Shown: piece after piece, positions 22,618 through 31,820 of the stretch
Layout: the number at the start of each line of letters is the position of its first letter
Numbering within the stretch: the first letter of the stretch is position 1
NCBI GenBank assembly: GCA_049670505.1
Contig: JBATTK010000133.1
Coordinates: 4,681 to 68,680, forward strand
DNA length: 64,000 nucleotides
Direction: 5' to 3'
From: Saonia sp.
GTDB taxonomy: Bacteria > Bacteroidota > Bacteroidia > Flavobacteriales > Flavobacteriaceae
Translations under genes and position numbers: made by a program
Notes under the pieces: model-generated
What the model was told of the DNA's origin: nothing
Databases searched by the model: none
The model's input: the letters and a program-made list of their open reading frames with translations, nothing else

Positions 22618-22641
22618 TAATTCAAAACTCATAATTAAACA
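22603..22641. repeat. downstream arm of the four-helix-bundle element (taactca taattaa taattca aaactca taattaa)
   Basis: Heptamer units that are the reverse complement of the upstream GAGTTAT/AATTATG units. They abut the next ATG at 22646. Confidence 0.7.
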
Positions 22642-22645
22642 AATT

Positions 22646-23512
22646 ATGCCAAGAAAAGTAAAATCAGGATTGATACAAATGAGTCTTCCCATGACGGAAG
22701 GGGAAGGAACCATACAGGAGATTATGGATGCCATGTATGACAAGCATATTCCATACATAGAGGAAGCGGGAAAGCAGGGCGTACAGATTTTGTGCTTGCA
22801 GGAAATCTTTAACACCCCCTATTTCTGTCCCGGTCAAGATAGTAAATGGTATGCATCTGCAGAAGCTGTTCCCGGACCTACCACCGAGAAAATGCAGGTA
22901 TATGCCAAAAAATACAATATGGTCATCATTGTACCTATTTATGAAAAGGAACAGGCCGGAATATTGTATAATACGGCCGCTATTATCGATGCCGATGGCA
23001 CCTACTTGGGCAAATACCGCAAAAACCATATTCCCCATACCACAGGATTCTGGGAGAAGTTTTTCTTTAAGCCCGGTAATTTAGGGTATCCCGTTTTTCA
23101 AACCAAATATGCAAAAGTGGGAATCTATATCTGTTATGACCGACATTTTCCCGATGGTGCACGGGTTCTAGGGCTAAACGGCGCCGAAATTGTGTATAAC
23201 CCTTCCGCTACGGTCGCAGGATTGAGCGAATATTTATGGAAACTGGAACAACCTGCCCATGCAGCGGCCAATGGGTATTTTATGGGGTGCATCAATCGTG
23301 TCGGGGAAGAAAAACCATGGAATTTGGGGAAGTTTTACGGACAATCCTATTTTGTGGATCCAAGGGGACAAATATTTGCAGAAGCCTCTAGGGATGACGA
23401 TGAGTTGTTGGTTGCGGAATTTGATCTAGACCTTATCGATGAAGTACGTTCCACGTGGCAGTTTTACAGAGATCGTCGTCCGGAAACCTATGGCAAGCTT
23501 ACCGAACTTTAA
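22646..23512 (+). CDS. beta-ureidopropionase-like carbon-nitrogen hydrolase (nitrilase superfamily)
   Basis: CN-hydrolase fold with the catalytic Cys in GIYICYDRHFPD. 288 aa. Operon context supports the role. Confidence 0.8.
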   Translation: MPRKVKSGLIQMSLPMTEGEGTIQEIMDAMYDKHIPYIEEAGKQGVQILCLQEIFNTPYFCPGQDSKWYASAEAVPGPTTEKMQVYAKKYNMVIIVPIYEKEQAGILYNTAAIIDADGTYLGKYRKNHIPHTTGFWEKFFFKPGNLGYPVFQTKYAKVGIYICYDRHFPDGARVLGLNGAEIVYNPSATVAGLSEYLWKLEQPAHAAANGYFMGCINRVGEEKPWNLGKFYGQSYFVDPRGQIFAEASRDDDELLVAEFDLDLIDEVRSTWQFYRDRRPETYGKLTEL

Positions 23513-23656
23513 GTGAAGTTCCGGTAAAATAGAACACATAACTCGGATTAAAATGATAGCCGAGAACAGCTGTCGGCGACAGTCCGGAAGACCATCGTCA
23601 TCAGCGTTCCTTTAATACAATCCAAGTACTCATTACTTTGTACTAAATACTAAATC

Positions 23657-24982
23657 ATGGCAGAATATAAGAGACCCACATCGGAAGAAGAGTTCAAAGA
23701 GAACTTCAAACAGAAAAAACAGTTGATGAATCCTACCGAAGCCTTTTATGAAAGCTCCCGTTGTTTATTTTGCTATGATGCGCCATGCATACAGGCCTGT
23801 CCTACGGGAATAGATATTCCTTTGTTTATTAAGCAGATTCAGACCGGGAATACAGAAGGCGCGGCAAGGACTATTTTTGATTCCAACTGGTTGGGAAATG
23901 CCTGCGGTGTAGTATGTCCTACCGGGGTTTTATGTGAGGGTGCCTGTGTCTACAACCATCAAGATGTACCCCCGATCCAAATAGGGAGGCTGCAAAATTA
24001 TACCACCCATACTACCATAGATAAGGACAAACTGCTCTATAGGCCCGGTACACCTATAGGTAAAAAGGTAGCTATTATAGGAGCCGGGCCGGCGGGAATA
24101 GCCTGCGCTTGTGAATTACGGATCCTAGGGGTAGAAGTCGATATTTTTGAGGCAAAGGACAAACCCTCCGGGCTTACCGTTTATGGTATAGCCCCCTATA
24201 AGATTACCAATGCCGAAGTGTTAAAGGAAGTAGCTTACCTGCAACAACAATTGGGATTTAACATCAACTACGAGGCCGCAATTACTTCAAAGGAACAATT
24301 AAAGAGGTTGGAAGAGGATTATGATGCTATTTTCATGGGTGTCGGATTGGGAAAAACAGCTGCTTTGAAATTAGAAGGGGAAGATATGGAAGGAGTCGTC
24401 GGTGCGGTAGAATTCATTGCCGAACTGCGAATGGAACACCACAGGCTTACCGTACCTGATACGGTAGTGGTTATCGGAGGGGGGAATACGGCCATGGATG
24501 CCGCTTCCGAAGCCGCGCGGATGGGTGCCAAAAAAGTAGTATTGGCTTATAGAAGGGATAAAGGAGCTATGGGTGCCTATGGCTTTGAATATGATCTGGC
24601 CATCAGTGCCGGAGTAGATAGTCTATTTAATGCCACTCCTCTTGCCATTATTGGGGACGGAAAAGTAACAGCTGTACAGTTTGCGAAAACCGAAATGGTA
24701 AACGGTAAACTAAAGGTATTGGAAAGCAGCGAATTTATAATCGATTGCGACATGGTCATTAAAGCTACCGGACAGGCAAAACAAGGGAGCTTTTATCAAT
24801 TGGTAGACAAGCTTGAAATTGATGCCATGACCCGTATTACAGTAAACGATAGCTATCAAACGTCCAATCCACAATATTTTGCGGGTGGTGATGCCGTAAA
24901 TGGAGGTGCAGAAGTGGTGAATGCGGCCTATGAAGGTAAAATGGCGGCTCAAGGAATCCATACATGGTTGATGGATAATTAG
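23657..24982 (+). CDS. preT: NAD-dependent dihydropyrimidine dehydrogenase subunit PreT
   Basis: N-terminal Fe-S Cys clusters (CLFCYDAPCIQACP, CGVVCPTGVLCEGAC). Two dinucleotide-binding motifs (IIGAGPAG, VIGGGNTAMD). Confidence 0.85.
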   Translation: MAEYKRPTSEEEFKENFKQKKQLMNPTEAFYESSRCLFCYDAPCIQACPTGIDIPLFIKQIQTGNTEGAARTIFDSNWLGNACGVVCPTGVLCEGACVYNHQDVPPIQIGRLQNYTTHTTIDKDKLLYRPGTPIGKKVAIIGAGPAGIACACELRILGVEVDIFEAKDKPSGLTVYGIAPYKITNAEVLKEVAYLQQQLGFNINYEAAITSKEQLKRLEEDYDAIFMGVGLGKTAALKLEGEDMEGVVGAVEFIAELRMEHHRLTVPDTVVVIGGGNTAMDAASEAARMGAKKVVLAYRRDKGAMGAYGFEYDLAISAGVDSLFNATPLAIIGDGKVTAVQFAKTEMVNGKLKVLESSEFIIDCDMVIKATGQAKQGSFYQLVDKLEIDAMTRITVNDSYQTSNPQYFAGGDAVNGGAEVVNAAYEGKMAAQGIHTWLMDN

Positions 24983-25227
24983 TAATTTAGAATTAAGAGT
25001 TAAGAATTGAAAATGATACGTTACACGGTTTGGAGATTACGACATAATTCAAAATTCATAACTCAATACTCATTACTATTAACTAGAAAAATATGGCAGC
25101 TCAAAGAATCAACAAATGGTTGATGGATAATTAAGAATTGAAAATGATACGTTATATTGTTTGGAGATTACAGCATGAACTGATTTAAAACTCATAACTC
25201 CGAACTCATAACTCATAATTAAAAACA
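24941..25227. repeat. tandem duplication (period about 152/131 bp) of the preT 3' end plus a heptamer-armed intergenic element
   Basis: atggcggctcaaggaatccatacatggttgatggataatta (24941-24981) recurs as atggcagctcaaagaatcaacaaatggttgatggataatta (25093-25133). The core gaattgaaaatgatacgtta..tttggagattac occurs at 25004 and 25135. Confidence 0.85.
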
Positions 25228-26571
25228 ATGGCAGATTTATCAATAGATTTTGCAGGTATAAAAGCACCAAATCCATTTTGGTTGGCTTCAGCTCCCCCTA
25301 CCAATTCGGGATACCAGATCATGAAGGCCTTTGATGCCGGATGGGGCGGTGCGGTATGGAAGACTTTGGGTGTACCAGTGGTGAACGTATCTAGCCGTTA
25401 TGGCTCCGTAAACTATAGGGATACCAAAATGATGGGTTTCAACAATATTGAGCTGATTACCGATAGGCCCTTGGTAGATAATCTTAGGGAAATAGAAGAA
25501 GTAAAGAAGTACTTTCCCGATCATGCCATAATTGCTTCCCTTATGGTAGAGAGCAGGGCCGAATGGGAACAGATTATCAAGGATGTGGAAAATTCCGGAG
25601 CGGATGGTATTGAATTGAATTTTGGCTGTCCACATGGGATGTGTGAACGCGGAATGGGATCCGCTGTCGGGCAAGAACCCGAAGTGCTTAAGACTATTGT
25701 AGGTTGGGTAAAGGAAGCTGCCCATATTCCGGTAATAACCAAACTTACCCCCAATATATCGGAAATTGTAGATCCCGGTCTTGCCGCTTACCAAGGGGGA
25801 TCCGATGCCATTTCTCTCATCAATACCATAAAGAGTATCGTAGGGATCGATCTGGATACCTATGCGCCCTTGCCGGTAGTAGATGGAAAAGGAACCAACG
25901 GAGGGTACTGTGGGCCAGCGGTAAAACCTATCGCCATGAATATGATAAAAGATTTGGCACAGCATCCTGAAATTTCAAAAATACCGATTTCAGGTATCGG
26001 GGGAGTGGAAAATTGGCGCGATGTGGTAGAATTTATACTGCTAGGGGCAACTTCTGTTCAAGTGTGTACCGCAGTGATGCATTATGGATTCGGTATCGTT
26101 AGGGAAATGGAAACAGGCCTACGCCAGTTTATGGACGACAAAGGCTACCATACCATTTATGATTTTGCCGGAAAAGCCTTGCCCAATGTAACCGAATGGA
26201 AACATCTAAATTTGAAGCACAAAGTGGTTGCTGAGATCGATTCCGACAAATGTGTGGGATGCGAACTTTGTTATATAGCGTGTGATGATGGTGCGCATCA
26301 GGCTATTTCACAATCGGAGGACAGAACCATTCGAATACCGAGTATCATTGAGGAGAATTGTGTGGGATGCAATCTGTGTTCTTTGGTCTGTCCTGTTGAA
26401 GATTGTATTACCATGGTACAGCGCGATGATGGTACGCAGCACCTCACTTGGGATGAACGTACCAAGGCCGATGATGTTCCCGTTAGTTTTAATGATGATA
26501 GGGCAGGAGGCAAAGGACACTATGTTCCAGCGCCTACGGACGCTTTAAATAATTATTACACTAAAAAATAA
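25228..26571 (+). CDS. preA: NAD-dependent dihydropyrimidine dehydrogenase subunit PreA
   Basis: DHODH-like barrel (ELNFGCPHGM) plus a C-terminal 2x[4Fe-4S] ferredoxin (CVGCELCYIAC, CVGCNLCSLVCP). Confidence 0.9.
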   Translation: MADLSIDFAGIKAPNPFWLASAPPTNSGYQIMKAFDAGWGGAVWKTLGVPVVNVSSRYGSVNYRDTKMMGFNNIELITDRPLVDNLREIEEVKKYFPDHAIIASLMVESRAEWEQIIKDVENSGADGIELNFGCPHGMCERGMGSAVGQEPEVLKTIVGWVKEAAHIPVITKLTPNISEIVDPGLAAYQGGSDAISLINTIKSIVGIDLDTYAPLPVVDGKGTNGGYCGPAVKPIAMNMIKDLAQHPEISKIPISGIGGVENWRDVVEFILLGATSVQVCTAVMHYGFGIVREMETGLRQFMDDKGYHTIYDFAGKALPNVTEWKHLNLKHKVVAEIDSDKCVGCELCYIACDDGAHQAISQSEDRTIRIPSIIEENCVGCNLCSLVCPVEDCITMVQRDDGTQHLTWDERTKADDVPVSFNDDRAGGKGHYVPAPTDALNNYYTKK

Positions 26572-26633
26572 TAGCCGCTTATCTGTTACTATGGTCTAAA
26601 AAGGATGCTTTAATGGGGAAATTCAAATAATTT

Positions 26634-26725
26634 GTCATTCAGAGCTGTCACCCTGAGCGCAGTCGAAGGGAAAGCGAAGAATCTTGCTGTCCTAGGCCAA
26701 AAGACTCCCTGTACCTCGGAATGAT
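26634..26725. repeat. small palindrome-ended (MITE-like) intergenic element
   Basis: Terminal inverted repeats TCATTCAGAG (26635-26644) and CTCGGAATGA (26714-26723). Contains GTCACCCTGAGCGCAGTCGAAGGG. Lies between convergent genes. Confidence 0.45.
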
Positions 26726-26741
26726 ATATAAAATAGATTTT

Positions 26742-29006
26742 CTACGAGGCAATCGGCGCCGTTAAACAGTGTTCGGGGATACCAAAACCGTCCACCAATA
26801 CTTCAATATGGGGCCGCAGCTCCGTGCATAAACGTTCCACTCGTTGCCGAATGGCCTTGGATTTTGTACCTCCCAAATACCCTTGCTCCAAATACCAGGA
26901 AGCATCCTCCCTAATCTCGTGCAATGCATAGAGCGTTCCCATTTTTTCGAACAGCAAGCGGTATTTCTCATCCGTTATGGTCGGGACAAAATTGAGAAAT
27001 GTATCATAGGCCAATTCACAACTATATGCCTTGCCCAGGGCCAATAAATGGGTCTGCACTTTTAAAAATGCCTGATAGGAAGGCACCCCCTTTTTAATAT
27101 AATCACGGATGCGCATGGCCAAAGTGTAGGTGAGTCTTCTGGTCCTATAGTTAAAGGCATGCTTGTGAAAGATGGGATTGTACAGATGCTCTTTGTCTAC
27201 TTTATTGGAGTACACCGGACTAACGGTAGCGATCTTATCGCTTAGCCGTATACTCAACAGCTTTAGTACCGCCGAGAATCCGGCACTGTTGAATTCAGCC
27301 TTAAAATCGGAAAGCACCCCTTTGGCCGCAAGTTGTAGCAGTACATTATTATCTCCTTCGAAAGTGGTAAAAATGTCCACATCGTTCTTTAGATCTGCAA
27401 TCCGGTTCTCTATAAGATACCCCTTACCGCCACAAGCTTCCCTACATTCTTGAATGGTACTGTTGGCAAACCAGGTAATTACGGATTTTAAGCCCGCCGC
27501 CTGGGTCTCTATCTCACGTTTATCGGTAATACTATCATCGCTATAAACCTTCATCATATAGTCCAAGGTAATATGGTATACATAGCATTTTGCGACCGCG
27601 GGTGTTAATCGCAATTGATGGGTGGGATAATCCATGATCAAATCTTCCTGCACCTTTACACTATCATTAAACTGTCTGCGTTGTAATGCATGTTTAATGG
27701 CGATGGTCAATGCCATTTTAGCCCCACTTAAACCGCCTTTAGCTACGCAGATACGTCCACCGACCAGGGTACCCAACATGGTAAAGAAACGCTTGTTCGG
27801 ATTTTTGATATCGGAATGGTAGCTACCATCTGCTTTTATATCCCCGTATTTGTTCAATAAGTTTTCCCGTGGCACGGAAACTTGGTTGAACCAGATCTTT
27901 CCATTATCCACACCGTTCAATCCTAATTTGTAGCCATTGTCCACTATAGTTACTCCATCCATAAGCCTATGATCTTCGTCCCGGATGGGTACCAAAATGG
28001 CATGTACCCCTTCATTTTTTCCGTCCACGATCAATTGGGCAAAGACCGATGCCATAGTTGCGTGGAGCGCATTGCCGATATACTCCTTATTATCATTCTT
28101 TCCAGGGGTGTGGATTACAATGCTATCCGTTTCCTTTACATATGTGGCCGTTGTTTTTACCCCTCTTACATTAGATCCATGTCCTGTTTCCGTCATGGCG
28201 AAACAACCTAATAATGTGGCTTGCCCAGCAGCTGTCAGGTAGTTGTCATAATGTTTTTTGGTTCCTAGTTTTTGGATACTTCCTCCGAAGAGTCCGAATT
28301 GGACCCCGAATTTTATGGTAAGACTACCATCAACATACATTAAGTTTTCGAAAATTGAAGCGTAGGTGGACATATTTCCGGTACCTCCATACCCATCGGG
28401 ATAGGCCATAGCGCCATAACCTTGCTCCGCCAAATGTTTTAGTTGTTCCAATACTTTTTGCCGAAAGTCATCTTTATTCCTTTGAATTTCCCATTGAAAT
28501 ATAGGGTGGGAGAGCGCTTCACGGAATTTGTCGATTTCTCGGGCATGGTCTCCCTTCAGGATTTGATCTATAGTCTCTGCATTATAATAATTAGAGGTCC
28601 TTTCATGTATCACCGCTACATCGAACAAATGATTGTAGTGATTGGGCTGTATGCCCAGATTTACTTCAATATGTTTCAAATGGTCATTAAAGGGACATTC
28701 CTTTTGATAATTACAGACCATTTTTTGACTGAAAGAGGACAGGGGATAGGTGTCACTTTCCAATAATTTTACCTCCGAATTGGAGATGGTCCGTTTCCAG
28801 TTTTTAAGTTCACCATTGGGCGGGGGATTTTTTTTGCTCAACCAAGAAGTCAAGATCGTTTTGTCTTCCTTTGTTAAAGCGGCATCTTTTTCTACGGTTT
28901 TTTTTACAACGGCAATTTCGGAAGCCGAAAGCAGATTGTCCGACCAAATCACGTAAAAAAAAGGAATGTATTGTAGTGTTCCGGGAGAGTAATTCGTTTT
29001 TAGCAT
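26742..29006 (-). CDS. acyl-CoA dehydrogenase / acyl-CoA oxidase family protein
   Basis: ACAD core (CFAMTETGHGSNVRG, ..ACGGKGYL..). 754 aa, with an N-terminal extension of about 190 aa and an ACOX-like C-terminal region. Confidence 0.8.
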   Translation of the reverse strand: MLKTNYSPGTLQYIPFFYVIWSDNLLSASEIAVVKKTVEKDAALTKEDKTILTSWLSKKNPPPNGELKNWKRTISNSEVKLLESDTYPLSSFSQKMVCNYQKECPFNDHLKHIEVNLGIQPNHYNHLFDVAVIHERTSNYYNAETIDQILKGDHAREIDKFREALSHPIFQWEIQRNKDDFRQKVLEQLKHLAEQGYGAMAYPDGYGGTGNMSTYASIFENLMYVDGSLTIKFGVQFGLFGGSIQKLGTKKHYDNYLTAAGQATLLGCFAMTETGHGSNVRGVKTTATYVKETDSIVIHTPGKNDNKEYIGNALHATMASVFAQLIVDGKNEGVHAILVPIRDEDHRLMDGVTIVDNGYKLGLNGVDNGKIWFNQVSVPRENLLNKYGDIKADGSYHSDIKNPNKRFFTMLGTLVGGRICVAKGGLSGAKMALTIAIKHALQRRQFNDSVKVQEDLIMDYPTHQLRLTPAVAKCYVYHITLDYMMKVYSDDSITDKREIETQAAGLKSVITWFANSTIQECREACGGKGYLIENRIADLKNDVDIFTTFEGDNNVLLQLAAKGVLSDFKAEFNSAGFSAVLKLLSIRLSDKIATVSPVYSNKVDKEHLYNPIFHKHAFNYRTRRLTYTLAMRIRDYIKKGVPSYQAFLKVQTHLLALGKAYSCELAYDTFLNFVPTITDEKYRLLFEKMGTLYALHEIREDASWYLEQGYLGGTKSKAIRQRVERLCTELRPHIEVLVDGFGIPEHCLTAPIAS

Positions 29007-29185
29007 AGGCTGAATTTACAAATTTTTTTAACCAATTTGCTGATGGATGTTTGCCGTGTCAATTGATTTTTACAATTTATAATGTTGCTTGTCCTAAGGG
29101 CATTAAAGCAATTATTTTGGTATGGGAACTTTTGGGGTTGCCCTGATCCATAGATATCTCTATTTTCCGTTATCTTTGTTATGAT

Positions 29186-30208
29186 ATGAATGAGAACCTT
29201 GATCCATCGACAGATAAATTTTCACAAGAAGAGCTCGATATAGAAAGGGCCTTGCGTCCTATAACCTTTGATGATTTTACGGGACAGGAACAGGTTTTGG
29301 AAAACCTTCAAGTGTTCGTGCAAGCTGCAAATTTAAGGGGCGAAGCATTGGATCATACTTTGTTTCACGGCCCTCCAGGGCTTGGTAAGACTACCTTGGC
29401 CCATATCTTGGCCAATGAGTTGGATGTTGGCATCAAAATAACCTCTGGTCCCGTATTGGATAAACCAGGAGACTTGGCCGGACTGTTGACCAATTTGGAG
29501 GAGCGGGATGTTTTGTTTATAGATGAGATTCATCGCTTAAGCCCTATCGTAGAGGAATACTTGTATTCCGCTATGGAGGATTATAAGATCGATATTATGA
29601 TCGAGACCGGTCCGAATGCGCGGTCCGTGCAGATCAATCTAAATCCGTTTACCCTAATAGGGGCCACAACCCGTTCCGGATTGTTGACTTCCCCCATGCG
29701 GGCACGTTTTGGTATACAAAGCAGACTGCAATATTATTCAACGGAGTTATTGTCAACTATTGTCGAGCGCAGTGCCGAAATCCTGAAAGTACCCATCACT
29801 CAAGAGGCTGCTATTGAGATAGCCGGAAGAAGTAGGGGAACCCCAAGAATTTGTAATGCACTTTTAAGGCGTGTTAGGGATTTTGCCCAGATTAAGGGAA
29901 ATGGCAATATAGATATAGAAATTTCCAAGTTTGGATTAAGGGCATTAAATGTAGATGCCCATGGGCTGGACGAGATGGATAACAAGATTTTAAGTACGAT
30001 TATTGATAAGTTTAAAGGTGGCCCCGTTGGTATTACTACCGTAGCTACGGCGGTCTCTGAAAGTGCCGAGACCATAGAAGAGGTTTATGAGCCTTTTTTG
30101 ATACAACAGGGGTTTATTATGCGTACGCCCAGAGGCAGGGAAGTTACCGAATTGGCCTACAAACATTTGGGAAGGATAAAAGGAGGAATACAGGAAGGTT
30201 TGTTTTAA
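29186..30208 (+). CDS. ruvB: Holliday junction branch migration helicase RuvB
   Basis: Walker [18 protein letters not shown], and the C-terminal winged-helix region. 340 aa. Confidence 0.95.
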   Translation: MNENLDPSTDKFSQEELDIERALRPITFDDFTGQEQVLENLQVFVQAANLRGEALDHTLFHGPPGLGKTTLAHILANELDVGIKITSGPVLDKPGDLAGLLTNLEERDVLFIDEIHRLSPIVEEYLYSAMEDYKIDIMIETGPNARSVQINLNPFTLIGATTRSGLLTSPMRARFGIQSRLQYYSTELLSTIVERSAEILKVPITQEAAIEIAGRSRGTPRICNALLRRVRDFAQIKGNGNIDIEISKFGLRALNVDAHGLDEMDNKILSTIIDKFKGGPVGITTVATAVSESAETIEEVYEPFLIQQGFIMRTPRGREVTELAYKHLGRIKGGIQEGLF

Positions 30209-30311
30209 AGGTTCCTATCTTTCCTAGAGGACATATGGGTGGTTTGGTTTTGACAATTAGCAAAGAATTCCCTAAATAGGGACACCTATTATATTTGAAA
30301 GAAATTAGTTG

Positions 30312-31691
30312 ATGAATACCCCCACCACCCTCAAAACGGCGCCGACAAAAAAATCCCCTCCCATGAAAAAACCCTTGGCAACCATTTCACAGTTCACTGT
30401 ATTTAGGAACCGGGATAAGATTCTAAAAGATCCTTTGCCATTCCATAAAGAGAATTTTGAAAAGTACGGGGATACGTTTATAGTCAATATCGGAATGGGC
30501 AATAAGGTCGTCTTTACCAGGAGTGCGGCTTCGGTAAAACATATCCTTCAAAAAAACCACAAAAACTATCATAAATCCACCTTGCAAACAAGGGATTTGG
30601 CCAAATATATCGGTCATGGCCTACTGACTTCCAACGGAGATTTTTGGCGTGCGCATCGCAGAATGGTGCAACCTGCCTTTCATAAAAAGAAGCTAGCCGG
30701 TTTACTGAACATCATGTATGGTGCCATTAAGGCTGAATTACAGGAAGTACAGATCAATACCGAGAAAAATGTTTTCCCTTTGATGAGCGACCTTGCTTTT
30801 CAGGTAGTGGCCAAATCGCTTTTTAGCGCTGGCGATATCAGAGAACGTATGCGAAAGCTTCAGGGCATTACGGTCACCAACCAAAAGATGCTGATCAAAG
30901 AAACGCGCCAACCCTATTTAAAATGGTGGTTCCAATTATCGGGAGATATTGACCGACATCTGGGACTTTCCAAAGAGGCCCAGGATTTGTTGGACCATAT
31001 CATTCAAGAACGGGTTACATCTGAAGAAGAAAAAGACGATTTGTTGGATATGTTGCTCAAAGCCCGTTATGAAGATGGTTCGCCTATGTCTAGAAAGCAA
31101 CTCATAGACGAAGTGATGATACTCTTTACGGCCGGTCATGAGACTACCGCGAATACCTTGAGTTTTACATTGTTCTTGTTGGCGAAAAACCCGGAAGTAC
31201 AGGAAAAGTTGTTTGAAGAGGTCAAGGATATCTATTTTGATACATCTGATATCATGCCCCTATTGGGCAAATTGCCCTATACCAAACAATGTATAGAAGA
31301 ATCCATGCGACTATACCCTCCGGTCTATATCATAGATAGGGTAAGTTTGGCCAGTGATACCGTAGCGGGGCACGACTTTAAAAAGCGAACGGTTTGGCTA
31401 ATGAGTATTTTTGAGCTGCATAGACATAAAGAGTTTTGGGAAAACCCGTTACAGTTTATGCCGGAACGCTTTAGTCCCGAAAATAAAAAGGACTTTTCCG
31501 ATTATTACTTTCCCTTTGGCGCGGGCCCCCGAATGTGTGTGGGCAATAATTTTGCAATGTACGAGATGATTATAGTAGTGGCGACATTGATAAAAAAGTA
31601 TCGTATTTCAAGCTCCAAGGAAGCTGTGGAGATAAATCCGTTGATTTCTTTAAAACCAAAGACTGTCCCCCTAAAATTTATAGAGCGGTAG
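30312..31691 (+). CDS. cytochrome P450
   Basis: Haem-binding loop FPFGAGPRMCVGNNFA, EXXR (ESMRLYPP), and I-helix AGHETTA. The start is uncertain (ATG 30312 or 30360). Confidence 0.9.
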   Translation: MNTPTTLKTAPTKKSPPMKKPLATISQFTVFRNRDKILKDPLPFHKENFEKYGDTFIVNIGMGNKVVFTRSAASVKHILQKNHKNYHKSTLQTRDLAKYIGHGLLTSNGDFWRAHRRMVQPAFHKKKLAGLLNIMYGAIKAELQEVQINTEKNVFPLMSDLAFQVVAKSLFSAGDIRERMRKLQGITVTNQKMLIKETRQPYLKWWFQLSGDIDRHLGLSKEAQDLLDHIIQERVTSEEEKDDLLDMLLKARYEDGSPMSRKQLIDEVMILFTAGHETTANTLSFTLFLLAKNPEVQEKLFEEVKDIYFDTSDIMPLLGKLPYTKQCIEESMRLYPPVYIIDRVSLASDTVAGHDFKKRTVWLMSIFELHRHKEFWENPLQFMPERFSPENKKDFSDYYFPFGAGPRMCVGNNFAMYEMIIVVATLIKKYRISSSKEAVEINPLISLKPKTVPLKFIER

Positions 31692-31707
31692 ATAAACCCA
31701 AAAACAG

Positions 31708-31744
31708 TGAACCATTTTTACTACAATTTGAACCAAAAGTTCGA
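31708..31744. promoter_or_regulatory. degenerate copy of the TGAAY half-site array upstream of the first regulator paralog
   Basis: Reads tgaac-cattt-ttacta-caatt-tgaac-caaaa-gttcga. The 11-nt half-site spacing matches the sites at 35182 and 38515. Confidence 0.35.
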
Positions 31745-31820
31745 TTTTCCTACCACATTATGCGTATATTTATGATAATCAGAATATTAATGAGTTAAAA
31801 GTACAATTTTAAGCTTTTGT

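Noticed and set aside
29171-29178. TATCTTTG as a -7 promoter box for ruvB
   Set aside because: The motif matches TAnnTTTG but lies only 8 nt from the ATG, and no TTTG -33 element is at the expected spacing. It was not reported as a feature.
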